From: Eledone cirrhosa
Taxonomy: Eukaryota
Reading direction: 5' to 3'
NCBI GenBank assembly: GCA_964016885.1
Contig: OZ024747.1
Coordinates: 46,500,001-46,564,000, forward strand
Length of the DNA stretch: 64,000 nucleotides
How positions within the stretch are numbered: the first letter of the stretch is position 1; each line of letters opens with the position of its first letter. The notes beneath the pieces are model-generated. The model saw only the letters and a list, made by a program, of their open reading frames with translations. It was not told where the DNA came from and searched no databases. Shown piece after piece: positions 43,173 through 57,446 of this stretch. A program made the translations under genes and the position numbers.

Positions 43173-45169
43173 ACTAGAGATGTGGAGGATGGTGACGATA
43201 TTGATGGCCATTTAGGGGAAATAACTGCTAAGAGATTTTACCCCTGAAATTCTTCTCAGAACTGCTACCACTACAAGTGCTGCTCCTGCTGCTGCTGCTG
43301 ATGATGATGATGATGATATGAACGAGGATCACGAGGACGATAAGGGGGGGGGGGGCTTCTGACGATGGTTATATGTTGGTTATGATGATTGCGAAGATGA
43401 CGATGATGATAAACATGGTGATAACGGTAATGCTTAGGGCATACACGGCCATGACAATTTCATCATTATCGTCATCATCAGTAGCAACATCATTACCAAC
43501 ATTGCAATAATGGATTCTCTTTTATTTTTCTCGTTGTTTATTTTAGAATTGGAAAAGGAAATATTAAGCAGCGATCCGTTTATAATGTCAAACCAAGAAT
43601 ATGAAACAATAACAAAAACACCAATGCCGAAATACCAATGATACGAAAACAAATTAAAAGATCACATTTAATCTTTCTTTTCTTTTTCCTTTCCATTATT
43701 ATTTGCTGTTTTCTTTTTGATCCGTATGTTTTCTTTCTATCGTATTTACCTTTAGTAATCAAAACAAAAATAAATAAAAGAAATAGCAACATCACATTGA
43801 AAGGTTAATAGGTAGTAAACAATGAGGTTCTGGACCTAAAATATTTAAGTTTTCTACCAAAAGAAGTAATTTCTAGAAAGAAACTCGCACAAATCTTAGC
43901 CGAAAAGCAGAATATCTTATAGACTTTTTATATTTTTGTTGTCTTTTCTCTAATTTCTGCTGCAACTGAAATAGCCTTTGCCACAACGACACGCATCTAT
44001 TGTTACATTAGCTCTCATTTACTGTGATAAATAATTTACAAGTCCCTAAAGGAAAGTGAGATAACTTCTTGATAATCAAATTATTAATTAGATAAGTCAT
44101 TCGCTGTAGATACATTCTACAGTTAAGCTGATCCCTATCTGTTCAGAAGAAGCCTGATCAAAGTTCAAAACTGATAATATGGCAATATAGATTAATGATT
44201 TTTTTTTCGTTTTTTTTTTTTTTTGCTGTCTTTCTTTCTCGTCTTTCAGACATTCAAATGGTCAATAAATACAGATTTTTGTTGAAGCAATATTACATAG
44301 TATAATTTTAAAATTATATTGTTTTGAAAATTAATTTGATAAAAGAAAAACTGCAATATAGAATAAAGTTTAATATAAAATAGTTGTAGAATTTTTATCT
44401 GAAAATTTAATTAAAAAAACATATTGAACTTTAGAAGTCTTTAACTGTACATGTTTTATACGTTAAGTGTTACAGATAGTAGATAATTCATCATTCCATC
44501 ATTTACAGGCTTAAATCCGCTTACAATATATTTTAGTCGTTTGTTTACTGCACTATAAGAAGTTTAAATTATCGAAACTATTTTTCTTAAATTACTTTGG
44601 TGAATACATTGTTTTGTAGGGAAATAGTGCGAATATGTTTCCTTTTATATTGTTTTCGTAATAAAATGTCGTTTCGATGAAAAACCGTTCCCGGAATTGT
44701 TCTCACATTGTTACTGTCTCAGAATATTTATGGTTCTCATCTGAAACACCGATCAATGGGAGTTAAAAGGTCTTGAAAAGGTATAGTCTCATACCAGTCA
44801 TTGTAGAAGAGAATTATGATTAGAATGTCTTCCAAAAATATTTCATTGACTATTGCATAAACATAACAGTATCAAATAATAAAAATGGACACATCGCCTC
44901 GGTACCTACTCTCTCAGATCAGATTACATCTTTACCCAACTCCCACGCCCTGATAACACATTTTTCTCTTCAATCTTCCAATCTTTCTTTTCCCAAACAT
45001 TGCGCCATACTGATGAAGGAATATCGTCAAATACATTGAATTATTCATTTTCCTTCCCCCAAAACCATGAAACTAATGGCATTATATTATTGTATCCCCG
45101 TGTCCGTCTTGTTTATCTTGAACTATACGCACACCGCGCGCGCGCGCGCACACACACACGCACACACAC

Positions 45170-45237
<68 letters not shown>

Positions 45238-45382
45238 TCTCACAGGATCATTAGACTGATGCCCCTGTGAGTATACAGGTGAAATTGCAGAGAGATAAGA
45301 CTCACCACGTAGCCATATTGAAGAATATTAAAACTCGATTTCGGTATTGACTACTTCTCTGCACGACCGTCAATATCACATC

Positions 45383-45435
<53 letters not shown>

Positions 45436-45478
45436 ATATATGTATATAAACATGTATTATATGTATATATATATATTC

Positions 45479-45510
<32 letters not shown>

Positions 45511-45511
45511 T

Positions 45512-45749
45512 CTAGGGCGGGTAAAATTCCCGAGATCCATGGACGAGTTCTCTCCAGCGGTCTCTGTCCCTCATCATCGCTGCCATGTCCTGCGTCTCAA
45601 ACAGACCAGTGTCTGTCCTTAGGGCATCAACATACGTTAACCTTGGTCTTCCTCTTCCAGTGTCTCCATGTAGGGGCTCCCACAGGAGCACTGAGTGCAA
45701 TGTCAACTCTGGACGTCGGTGAGCATGTCCAGCTAACCTCAGTCTCCTC

Positions 45750-45750
<1 letters not shown>
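45512..45750 (-). pseudogene. 3' fragment of another RTE-type LINE between (TA)n tracts
   Basis: [36 protein letters not shown]-terminal RTE signature. Confidence 0.85.
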
Positions 45751-45788
<38 letters not shown>

Positions 45789-46253
45789 CGAAACACGAAA
45801 CACCTAGGAAAAAAAGGAACAGAAAACACGGAAGACTAGGACAATTCCCGCTCATCGTCTGTCTTCTGTGGATCATTATAATTTCGAATGCCTTAAAGAC
45901 AGGACTTATCACAGTGCATCAATAACTATTCTGGGATATCTAGTCGGGAAGAAAACACAACGGACGTTGGACTATGAGAAACAAAAATTTAAAAGATCAA
46001 CCAAGAAATATCGACATACCGATAAGGGACCCGGAAAAAAGTTACAATCGAAATCAGTACACATTAGTAGATTTAGTAATATTAAGAAATTGAAATAATT
46101 AATATAAGTTGGTTGGGCATAAGTCCTATACGTACATATGGAAAGAAATAGAAGGAGGACAAGAGATAGATAGAAGCAGATAGATAGATATTTAGGGTTA
46201 TACAGCCACATACAGCGACAGACAGTCAGGGAAGACGTTAGTCTAGCAATAAT

Positions 46254-46362
46254 TGTTTCTACTTTTGGCACAAGGCCAGTAATTACCCAGTGCATTACTG
46301 GTACTTTATTTTTATCGACCCCGTAAGGATGAAAGGCAAAGTAAACCTCGGCGGGATTTGAA
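46254..46362 (-). mobile_element. 5'-truncated SINE family 1 copy
   Basis: TSD ctagcaataat at 46243-46253 and 46363-46373. Confidence 0.85.
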
Positions 46363-46488
46363 CTAGCAATAATACAGAACAAACATTTAGATAATAATTC
46401 TAAAGGACTGAAACCACGTGAGAGAAATAGAAAGATACGTGAAGAGTATGTGATAACTGAATGTGTCTCTGTGTGTGCGCGTGCGTGT

Positions 46489-46552
<64 letters not shown>

Positions 46553-47137
46553 GCGTGTGCGTGTGCGTGTGTGTGTGTGTGTGATGGAAACAAAGATATA
46601 TGACAAAAAGTGCGATAAAGAAAATGGAAGAGAGACAGAGAAAATGAAAGAAAAGTAAATTTGGAAAATAACAATCAGCTAACAAGGTTGATAGGAACGG
46701 AGCCAAGCGTGACACATACATTGGATAAAGGTTCGAATTAGTAATCAAGAGATATTCCTATATAATAACACTAGAGAGAACACTAGAAAGATATGATGCA
46801 TCTCTTTATGAGGTAGAGTGTAAATATGGCGACGTACAGTTATCGAATAACAGAAATATATGTATTGGTTGAGGGATGGTAGAGTTTCTCTGAGGAGGAT
46901 TATTGATGTCTTCTTAAATAAAATACATCGATTAACGTGATAAAATAAGACACACCTACAACATTTATATATATTTGACAATACTGTTTGTCTTTGTTGG
47001 TTTATTATTTTAAATCGATATAGGCAGGCTGTAATATTATAATTGGTATATTTCATTCTAGCTAACTAAATTTCTTTTACAATATAAATGCAGATATGTT
47101 GGTATTTGTGTTTCATCATATATATTAATTTATATTT

Positions 47138-47600
<463 letters not shown>

Positions 47601-48096
47601 AACGTTGTTTGTAAATAACATTATTCTTTCTGCACCATTTCTTTAACATGTCCAACACCACCATTCTACACCAATACATATTATTATCATTTAATAATGC
47701 ATAAAAATGCTGGAACCGGTATTAGACAATTATTAAATATATAAATAAATAAATAAATGCCATTGTTAATTAATAAATAAATCAACTAATACCTTAACAC
47801 TTCACACAAAGTAAAACATTTTGTTTTAATCATTTTCTAACCCAGAAGAAAGAGAGAAATAAATAAAAAGGGGAAAAAATATATTTTTCTTCCTAAAAAT
47901 CGTCTTTTTCTCCATGTTTTCATATATATATATGTATATATAAACGGAAAATATGAAACGATATTTCATTTCCCACTCTTTGTACGTAGTATGTACACGT
48001 ACATACATATATGTATACAGATGTACAGTAGTATGTATATATATATACATACATGCACACATATATATATGCACGTATGGATTCACCGAACATTTA

Positions 48097-48127
<31 letters not shown>

Positions 48128-48187
48128 CATACACACATATACAAACATACATATACACACATATATATATATATATATATACATGCA

Positions 48188-48225
<38 letters not shown>

Positions 48226-48414
48226 GGAACAAGTAAGACCCCGACGGCTGAGCTCAAGCCGTTTCGACGCCTAATTCTGGACTGAATTAGCCGTCGAAAC
48301 GGCTTGAGCTCAGCCGTCGGGGTCTTACTTGTTCCTATTACCCACTCTACTACTCTAAGTATTGAGTACTTTGGTGCGTTATGGTTCACCTGGTTCCTTA
48401 CCACATTTCCTTCG

Positions 48415-48448
<34 letters not shown>

Positions 48449-48559
48449 ACACATATATATATATATATGTATATATATATATGTATGTATATATACAAAC
48501 ATATATACATATATATATATATATATGTATATACGTACATATATTAATGATGTATACAA

Positions 48560-48742
48560 GAGGCACAAGGCCAGAAATTAGGGGAGAGGGAAACCTCCAT
48601 TAAAACGACCCTAGTGCACCCCGTAAGGATGAAAGGCAAAGTTAACCTCGGCGGGATTTGAACTCAGATCATAAAGGGTCGTAACTCTGTGCTGCAAATC
48701 AAAGACTCCGCCCCTCTACCGATATTGCCAATCCACCGCCCT
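48560..48742 (-). mobile_element. SINE family 1 copy with internal deletion
   Basis: A/B boxes and body match. Confidence 0.75.
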
Positions 48743-48804
48743 ACATGCGTATATTAATAAAAGATCGGAGGCGACATTCAGTTGGTGCAGGTTTATTTAA
48801 AACT

Positions 48805-48862
48805 CCGTTATACATATTTCACAGAGGACTAGCAGTTATGATAGCTTGAGCTCTTCAGACGC
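48805..48862 (-). ncRNA. Decayed hammerhead motif
   Basis: Minus strand CGT-CTGAAGA..GAAA-TATGTA-TA-ACG; stem II poorly paired. Confidence 0.5.
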
Positions 48863-49055
48863 CAAAAGATAAAATAAACATTGAAAGTCCCTCAGAAACA
48901 TTTAAATTTGAAAAAAATCCAATAATTTTCCCGAAAAAGATTTTCACTTATAGCGACCCGTATGAATTCCAGATGCAGTAGTTGCATCTGTCGCAGGTTT
49001 GGGTGGGGTTTCATCTGATTAAATTTCGTTTATGCTCTAGGCAAAAATGTTCGTC

Positions 49056-49134
<79 letters not shown>

Positions 49135-49531
49135 AAAATGTTAGACCCCGACGGCAGAGCTCTAGCCGTTTCAACTGCTATTTCTGGACTATTAACCACC
49201 CTACTACCCTAAGTATTGAGTACTCTGGTGCGTTATGGTCCATCTGGTTCCTTACCACACCTCCTTCGTTATATATATATATATATATATTCATACATGC
49301 ACCCTTTAAGTTAGATTGATTTCCAATGTGTAGATCATGATACAACAATTTGATTAAAGCACTCAACGTTATGCAAGTCATCTATCTTAGATGTAGTATC
49401 CAGTGGTTGGGATCTGTGGATGATGGAGGTGGGTCGTCGAAATTTATATAGTGATTTTGCGTAATGAAAATTCTAAAGCAAATTTTCTAGTCAGGTCTTC
49501 TGTTGGTGTTTAATGAGTCAGTATATGTTTG

Positions 49532-49625
<94 letters not shown>

Positions 49626-49833
49626 TTGTTTTTGTTAGATAAACGCAAGGAAGAACATGAGTAAATATGTAGTTTAATAATAACATATTTATGCTGATGC
49701 AAAATAATACAAAACCGACTACACATGATTATGTTTCATGTATTACATCCTTATCGATATTCAATATTCCATATCAAGGATATTTGAGAAACATGTTGTA
49801 CCTTCCTTGCCAAAACATATCTATATTCGGGGT

Positions 49834-49867
<34 letters not shown>

Positions 49868-49925
49868 ATTTATATATATGCATGTATATATGTATGTATG
49901 CATTTATGTATGTATGTTTGCATGC

Positions 49926-50036
<111 letters not shown>

Positions 50037-50732
50037 TATATGTATAATGACTTTTTATCTTCAACAAATCCTTTAAAATACTATGTAAGATTTGTATCTC
50101 CATATTTGCCTCTTCCTTCTCGCCGAGGTCTCGTGGGTTAAATAAAATGATTCTTTTATTGGTAAGTCTACAAATATTTTCTGAACATACAATTCCTTTC
50201 CGCTTTACTTCTTCCATATCAAAGGACAATTCCAAGTAAATTCAAGCAAGTCAATAAATTCCAGAAGATTCGGTCTTTTGCGTTGGTTCTTCTTTAGTTC
50301 TTGCCTGATGAAAAACAAATCCCAGGGAGCTGTAAACTGGAGTCTGCTTCGAAAAAGCAATATAAACATTTGGCAATATCAACAGCCACACTAACTTCAC
50401 TAATTCTATATGATATTAGATTATCTAAGTAAAATAGATTATTCCTATCTAATATGTAAAAGTCTAACTGCATTTTATTGTATCCGGAATAGCATATAAT
50501 TTGGAATTCATGCAAAAGAAAATTGGAGTGAGCTTCATGCTTCCCTCCAAAGTATTGCACACTATACAGAGCGGTGACTCGCTATTATATACTCAACTTC
50601 TTAAATTATTCTGACATGATTTATGTTTTTATCTGCGAACATTTTACAATAAATAACAAGAAATAATAATAACAACAACTAAAACCATTGTTGTTGTTGT
50701 TGTTATTATTATTATTATTATTATTGTTATTC

Positions 50733-53700
50733 CTTGAATCTCAGTCATTGATGTTGGTTAACTGGAAAGTCCGTTGGATTGAATATCAAGCCACTACCTG
50801 CAGCCTCAGATATTCAGGACGTATCGGAGGGTTCTTGCCGTTCCAAGCAAGCATGCCTTTTGAAGCGTTCCAAAAAGCGTGAAGGGGCCGATTTTCTTTA
50901 ACCATCCCTGGAAACCTTTGGAGATAGTCCCCAGTGCGCCTATGACAATCGGGATCACTTTGACTTCATGGCAGTTCCAAATCCTTTTCACCTCCCACTT
51001 TAGGTCCTGGTATCGGTCAATTTTCTCCCTCTCCTTCTCTTGCACTCTCGTGTCGAACGGGCAGGCCACATCCACAATCAGGCACGATCTTTTTTCTTTG
51101 TCCACAACCACCAGGTCAGGTCTATTGTGTTCCAGTTTTTTGTCCGTCTGTATCCTAAAATCCCACAGCACCTTCACCTGATTGTTCTCCATCACCGCCT
51201 CTGGCCTATGCTCATACCATTTCTCAGAATGTGGTAGATTGTTTACTTTGCACAGGTGCCAGTGGATCACCCTGCCCATCACATCGTGTCTCCAGCCCTT
51301 ATAGTGGGTCTGGGCTAGGTGTTTACACTCGGACACAATGTGAGCCACAGTCTCCTCTCTCTCTCCACAGATCCTGCACAGTGGGCTAGCCTCCTCCTTG
51401 TAGATATGGTGCTTCAACCACTTCGTTTTGAGGGCCTGCTCCTGCGCAGCCATTAGCATTCCTTCTGTAGCCTTTTTGAGGTCTCCTCTTCTCAACCAGT
51501 TCCATGTCTGTGGATCTCTAAATTCAGTTTTCCCAAAGAAGGTACTATGAAGGGATTTTCCCTTAAGGCTGCTCTTCCTCCTTGATGTTATTTCCTCCTT
51601 GGGTATCCCCTGGCCTACTGTCCCCTCCTTCAGTACAGCTCTGAGCATTGGCTCCTTACTATAGGTCACGTATTTGTATAGGTTGTTTTTCTCCATCTGA
51701 ACACAGTCCTCTATGCTGATAAGACCTCTTCCACCCTCAGATCTCCTTAGGTAGAGTCTATCGACATCACTCCTCTTGTGGAACATGTTGTAGATAGTCA
51801 ATAGCTTCCTAGTCTTCCTATCCATTTCTTTTTGTTCAGCAACATTCCATCTCAGAATTCCCGCACTGTACCTAATAATAGACACAGCTCGGGAATTTAC
51901 TGCGCTTATGGCATTTCTGCTGTTCAGATGTGACTTCAATACGCTCCTTACTCTCCGAATGTATTCAGTTCTTAACAATTCCTTCATTTTTTTGTTCTTT
52001 ATGCCATCAGCCTCCAGAACGCCCAGATACTTGTATCCTTCCTCAGAGTCAATTTCCTTTATCATCTCACCTGTTGGTATCTGGATCCCGTTACTTCTGC
52101 TCAACCTACCCCTCCTCATCACAATGACTCCACATTTACCAATACCAAACTGCATACATATATCACTGCTGAAAATACGGACAGTGTCAACAAGCACATC
52201 CAACTCCTTCTCACTTTTCCCGAAGAGCTTAAGGTCGTCCATGAAGAGGAGGTGATTGATGGTAAGCTCTCCCCTTCCCAACTTGTATCCTGCTCTCACT
52301 TTTCGCAGCATAATGGTCAAGGGCATCAGGGCAAGGACAAACAACAGAGGGGACAGGCTATCTCCCTGGAAGATACCTCTCTTGATCTTCACGCTTCCCA
52401 AGGATACTCCAGTTGATGTCAACTCTGTCTCCCAGGACCCCATACTCCTGCCCAGCAACTGTCTGATGTTATCTGCCACCCTGAAGATCTCCAGGCTTTT
52501 GGTGATCCAGGAATGAGGCACCATGTCAAATGCCTTTCTGTAGTCTATCCATCCCATGGCAAGATCAGTGTGTCTCCTCCTGCAATTCCCCATTACCATC
52601 TTATCAATAAGCAACTGGTCCTTTGTACCACGTGACTTCTTTCGGCATCCTTTCTGTTCGTCCGGCAACAAGTTGTTTGTGTGGAGGTGATGGTAGATTT
52701 CCTCAGACACAATGCTCGTCAACAGTTTCCACATTACGGGCAGACATGTGATAGGTCTATAGTTGGTGACATCATTACCCTTGATTTGGTCTTTCATTAT
52801 CAGAACTGTGGTACCTTTTGTCAACCACTCTGGCACCTCACCCGACACCAAGCAGTCATTGAACATGGCCGTCAGCTTCGGGTGGAGGGATGTTAAATGT
52901 TTAATCCAATACCCCTGCACACCATCTGGGCCTGGTGATTTCCAGTTGGTTAGTTTTTTGGCTTGCCCCTTAAGAGTTTCAACTGTGATACTCAAATCAG
53001 TCTGTTGCTGTGCCTGCTCACCGATCTCCCTCTGTACTGTCTCAATCCACCCTGCCTGGGCATTGTGTCTAACATCCTGCTCCCATATTCCTCTCCAGAA
53101 TGTTTTAGCTTGTTCCGCCCCAGGGATCAAGTCGGTGCCTCTTTCTTTCCCCTCAAGCTGTCCAAACAGCATCTTCTGGTTGTTGTCGAACATGCGGTTC
53201 TGTTTATACTGACTGACTCTGTTCTCGTATCGCCTGATTTTGGCACTCTTTGCTACAATGCGTTGCTTCAATTCCTCTATGATAATATTTAGCTTTTTAC
53301 TCCTAGTTTTGTATTTTATTTCCAGTCTATTTTTAGTGCCTATGTTTTTTAGTGTCCCATTCAGTAGTGACTCAAGCTTTCCTATGTCATTTCTCATTTC
53401 CCCGATTTGCCCACTCAGTCGCTTCTTCCACCACGGCTCTGCTCTTTCTTGTCTGTTGTTTCCTCTCGCTTTTATACCAAGTAGTTTCCTCACCGTATTT
53501 GCTGTTGCTTTGAGGATATTGTTGCACTGGTGAAGACTCCTCGCCTCAAGGTATGGGATGACTTTGTTTACCTTAGCTGTTGTTTCTTTTAACTTTTTCC
53601 TGTCTACAAATCTTAGGTTCATAGGTCTCCCACTATCATTGTTCAACTCATCTACCACTAAATTTAGGATGTCAACCGAATCTTGTCCTAGCCCGTCAGC

Positions 53701-54204
53701 ATTCATCTCCTCAGTGGCCGTATCTCTGTTCCAGGTATTATTTATCTCAGTATTCAGATCATTGTCTGCTTCGGGTGGTTCCTTCGCTCTCAGGACCTCC
53801 TCACCTTCATTTCCCGCCGGCTCGCTTGTCTGGCATACTACACCCGCCATCTCCAAGCCATTCTCTCTGCTCAGTTCCTCCAGTTCCAGCTCGCCCATCC
53901 ACCCATTAGTTCTTATTACCCGAGCCTGCCCGGCCAATTTTTGTTCATCTAATTTAAATAAACCAATCTCGTTCCAGATGTTATGCATCCGTCTCCTGTA
54001 GCCCCTCTCCTTGGGGTTACTTTTCAGGTAGCATTGCATAACAGTTCTATTCAATTCTTTCGTCCAGTTGGTTCTGGCCCCTTTCCTTCTTCTTCTTCCT
54101 CCAACATCAGCAGTATTTCGTTGACAGTCAGGTTCCTGCTGCTGAGCCAGGGGGCACCTGTTGGGTGAGAGTCTGTCACATGACGTTCTAGTCTCCATTT
54201 CACC
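50733..54204 (-). mobile_element. R4/Dong-clade non-LTR retrotransposon at the edge of a (TAA/CAA)n tract
   Basis: Single RT-REL ORF, ~73-nt 3' UTR, candidate 7-bp TSD gttattc at 50726-50732 and 54205-54211. Confidence 0.9.
50806..54198 (-). CDS. 1130-aa reverse transcriptase / CCHC finger / restriction-like endonuclease polyprotein
   Basis: WKSPGPDG, NYRPITCL, EQKGC, WIDYRKAFD, GIFQGDSLSP, LFMDD, YKYLG, CRICG..ETVAHIVSEC, RHD, NRPDLVV..IVDVACP..KIDRYQDL; no stop or frameshift. Confidence 0.95.
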   Translation of the reverse strand: METRTSCDRLSPNRCPLAQQQEPDCQRNTADVGGRRRRKGARTNWTKELNRTVMQCYLKSNPKERGYRRRMHNIWNEIGLFKLDEQKLAGQARVIRTNGWMGELELEELSRENGLEMAGVVCQTSEPAGNEGEEVLRAKEPPEADNDLNTEINNTWNRDTATEEMNADGLGQDSVDILNLVVDELNNDSGRPMNLRFVDRKKLKETTAKVNKVIPYLEARSLHQCNNILKATANTVRKLLGIKARGNNRQERAEPWWKKRLSGQIGEMRNDIGKLESLLNGTLKNIGTKNRLEIKYKTRSKKLNIIIEELKQRIVAKSAKIRRYENRVSQYKQNRMFDNNQKMLFGQLEGKERGTDLIPGAEQAKTFWRGIWEQDVRHNAQAGWIETVQREIGEQAQQQTDLSITVETLKGQAKKLTNWKSPGPDGVQGYWIKHLTSLHPKLTAMFNDCLVSGEVPEWLTKGTTVLIMKDQIKGNDVTNYRPITCLPVMWKLLTSIVSEEIYHHLHTNNLLPDEQKGCRKKSRGTKDQLLIDKMVMGNCRRRHTDLAMGWIDYRKAFDMVPHSWITKSLEIFRVADNIRQLLGRSMGSWETELTSTGVSLGSVKIKRGIFQGDSLSPLLFVLALMPLTIMLRKVRAGYKLGRGELTINHLLFMDDLKLFGKSEKELDVLVDTVRIFSSDICMQFGIGKCGVIVMRRGRLSRSNGIQIPTGEMIKEIDSEEGYKYLGVLEADGIKNKKMKELLRTEYIRRVRSVLKSHLNSRNAISAVNSRAVSIIRYSAGILRWNVAEQKEMDRKTRKLLTIYNMFHKRSDVDRLYLRRSEGGRGLISIEDCVQMEKNNLYKYVTYSKEPMLRAVLKEGTVGQGIPKEEITSRRKSSLKGKSLHSTFFGKTEFRDPQTWNWLRRGDLKKATEGMLMAAQEQALKTKWLKHHIYKEEASPLCRICGEREETVAHIVSECKHLAQTHYKGWRHDVMGRVIHWHLCKVNNLPHSEKWYEHRPEAVMENNQVKVLWDFRIQTDKKLEHNRPDLVVVDKEKRSCLIVDVACPFDTRVQEKEREKIDRYQDLKWEVKRIWNCHEVKVIPIVIGALGTISKGFQGWLKKIGPFTLFGTLQKACLLGTARTLRYVLNI

Positions 54205-55039
54205 GTTATTCGAACTGTTTATGTTCGATATTTAAACACTCTTATCGAGGATTGGCGAATGTATGTTTACATAGCCATCTGTGGATCCGCCATCCCACTT
54301 GGCCCTTGTGTGGCATTATCACCACGCTGTATACGGACACACATAAACAAACAAACACACGGGCAGAAAGGGCCCCAAAAATGAATAAGCATAAGTTTCA
54401 TTGTAATGTAGTATTCGAATGTCCGACTTAGTTTTTGTTTTTTAAGTTTTACTTTTCCCCCCCTCTTCTCTGTCCGTCCGCCTGCTTCTCTCTTCATTCT
54501 TATTTTCTTTACGTTTTTGGGGTTTCTTTTTTTGTTTTTGTTTTTCTCTGTTTTTCTCGTTTTTTACTGTTGTTGCTGTGCTGCTTTTGTTGTTTGTTTT
54601 TTCTTTTTTCTTTTGAGTCTATCTATATATTTTGATGCCTTCCTCTTTGTTAGTAGTAGGAATTCTATAATGTGGAAGTGGTAGCCAGCAGAGACTAGCG
54701 GCGTTGGCGATACTGAGACAGTGGTGGCGGTGATGTCGATACCGAGGCAGCGGTGGCGGTGATGCGGCCGTATTACTGTAGTGATGGTGCTGTAGCGGTG
54801 GCAGCAGCAGTGAAGGAGTCAGGGGGTGGTGGCGGCGGTGATGGGACAGCGGTGGCAATGATGGCCGTAGTGAGCGGTGGCGGTGAAGGTGAAAATGCTG
54901 TTGTGTTTAGTGTACACAGATGATGGGGTGGGTGGTGTATCTAGTTTCTGGTGTTGGTGAGTTTCGCTGTCCTATATAGTGTAGCCAGAGGAGAGGAGGG
55001 GGGGGGGGGTTCTTCTTCTTCCATTTATAGCCATTTTAT

Positions 55040-55091
<52 letters not shown>

Positions 55092-55402
55092 GTTGTTGTT
55101 GTTTTTGTTTTTATTATGATGATTATGTTGGTGATGGTGAGAACGATATTCGTCCTCTCTTGTTGATTTCCGATGTACAATAAACAAGTTTTTATTCATT
55201 TTCTGTGGACAAAAAGCATTTGTTAATATAAGAATATTGACAGGTTTTCCTTGCCTCATGCAACATTACGCAACTACACAAACAGACTTTCACATAGTTT
55301 CACCAACAATTCACATTATAACCATAAAATAGCAGAATTATAATAAACATGACTCTCACGGATGACTCAGGGGATTAGAATCATATATACATATACATAT
55401 AC

Positions 55403-55450
<48 letters not shown>

Positions 55451-55832
55451 TTATATATATATATATATGCATGCATGTGTGTGAGTGTGTGTATGTGTGT
55501 GTGCATTCATATATATATATATATATATATATGCAAAAGTTCTATTTAAAATTGTTGGGATACAACAAGTAAATATTTTTATAACTTCTTCCTTTCCTCC
55601 TGTCTTTACTTATCTCTTTCTTTTTTCTCCATGCATCTTTCTCTCTCCGATATTTCTCCACGTTTTTTCTTTCTCTCCGTCTTTTTCTTTCTCTCCGTCT
55701 TTTTCTAATTGTCCTTAACACTATGACTTATTAAAGTAATATAAACAAATCACTATCCGGATGGCTTCCAAAAACAATGGTTGCATTTTAAAAGGGTACG
55801 TCAAAGCTTATTTGTAAAACTGTTATATATTG

Positions 55833-55897
55833 TATTTTTTCTGATGAAGGCATACCATAATTTAATTTGGTATCCCTGAAATATGTATAATGAAATA
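55833..55897 (+). ncRNA. Type I hammerhead ribozyme motif
   Basis: TATTTTTT-CTGATGA-AGGcATACCA/TGGTATcCCT-GAAA-TATGTA-TA-ATGAAATA; element ends in (TA)n at ~55938. Confidence 0.8.
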
Positions 55898-56227
55898 AAT
55901 ATGGTTTTATAAATATAGTTTCCATTTATTAATATCGTATATATATATATATATATATATATAAATTAATATGTAAGTGATGAAACACAGATACCAACAC
56001 ATCTGTATATATATTGCAAAAGAAAAATTTAGCCAGATTGAAGTATACTAATTATTATACTACAGTTTGTCCATATCGATTTAAAATAAGAAATCAACGG
56101 AGACGAACTGTATTGTCAAAAGGCCGTATAAAAGAATTCATTACCTTATTAATATATATATATATATATATATATACATGCATGTGTGTGTGTGTGTGTG
56201 TGTGTGTGCATTTATATATATATATAT

Positions 56228-56283
<56 letters not shown>

Positions 56284-56292
56284 GAGAGAGAT

Positions 56293-56333
<41 letters not shown>

Positions 56334-56361
56334 GGGAAAGACACAGAAGAGTGTGTTTTTC

Positions 56362-56941
56362 AGGAAAACTCTTTCCTTTGAGCTCATTTAATTACAGGAT
56401 TATACGCGAGTCTTTTGCTCCGTTATTTTACTTGATATTTGCTCCTTGCTCTCTCTCTGCTGTTGAGCACCATAAATTGAATAGTATAGGCTGCCATTTC
56501 TAGCAGCTTGTCCTGTTCATGCCACCGGTTACTGCCTCGCGCACGCATTTCCCTTATGTCTACACGTGCGACAGGTAGTTTACTTTAGTTCTCTCTAGTA
56601 GTGCGGACAATATCGGCCTTCCACATGCTGATGACCCACACGGCCGAATTGGAATCCACTTAAATGGCGAAAAATTCTCCTGGTGAGTTTGTACATGTGT
56701 GACTTAGATATGAGGTTGGTTTCTCATTTTAATTTATACTTTTAATGTTAATGTGTTTCCTATGCCTCTAGTACCTTATATTCTCTTCACGCTGGTGGTT
56801 TGAAATTCCTGTAAAGAAAAACACACTCTCCTGTGTCTTTCCCCTCTATATATTGTATTTTAAAGTGCCTAGGAAAACTCTTTCCTTTGAGGTCATTTAA
56901 TTACGGGATTATATGCGAGACCTTTGCTCCGTTATTTTACT

Positions 56942-56947
<6 letters not shown>
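56362..56947. mobile_element. Terminally redundant element (509-bp unit, ~77-bp direct repeat)
   Basis: aggaaaactctttcc..cttgatat at 56362-56438 and 56871-56947; distant relative at ~28240-28760 in opposite orientation. Confidence 0.75.
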
Positions 56948-56982
<35 letters not shown>

Positions 56983-57063
56983 AATCTATAATAATGAGTT
57001 CAAATCTCAGGCAGTCTTTTACAATGAAATAGCTCAAAGAAAGAGTATTTCTGAGCCGTGTAA

Positions 57064-57446
57064 TACAGGTTAATATAAATTAATATATTTGATAAACACA
57101 AATACCGACATATTCATGTTTGTATTGTAAATGACCAAGTTAGCTAGATTGAAATATACTAATAATAATATTACAGTTTGCCTATCTTGACTTAAGATAA
57201 TAAATCAACAAAAACAAATTGTATTGGCAATGGCCGTGGTGCTTGGACAAATTTAAATTTCAAAATCAAACCTGTTCCGTAGACAGGTTTAAACCTTAAA
57301 ATCCAAATATGTTTCGAATAATGAAAAAGTGGAAGAAATGCCGCATTTTGATCTCCTCAGCAAGCACTATAAAAATTGGTATGTTCCACTTCAAAATATT
57401 TAGAAAGACTGTGTTTATCAAATATATTAATTTATATTAACCTGTA
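57064..57446. mobile_element. Element with 37-bp inverted repeat
   Basis: tacaggttaatataaattaatatatttgataaacaca (57064-57100) and its reverse complement (57410-57446); interior related to 46940-47130 and 55965-56150. Confidence 0.7.

Noticed and set aside
42728-43247. Poly-Thr mucin-like and poly-Leu ORFs
   Set aside because: (CTA)n microsatellite with no splice or domain support
45005-45040. CTGATGAAGG hammerhead start (also CTGATGA near 30095 and 58392)
   Set aside because: No properly placed paired stem II plus GAAA; at best a decayed relic
50879-54168. Plus-strand ORFs overlapping the R4 ORF (and similar ones over the RTE)
   Set aside because: Antisense shadows of the retroelement coding strand with no motifs
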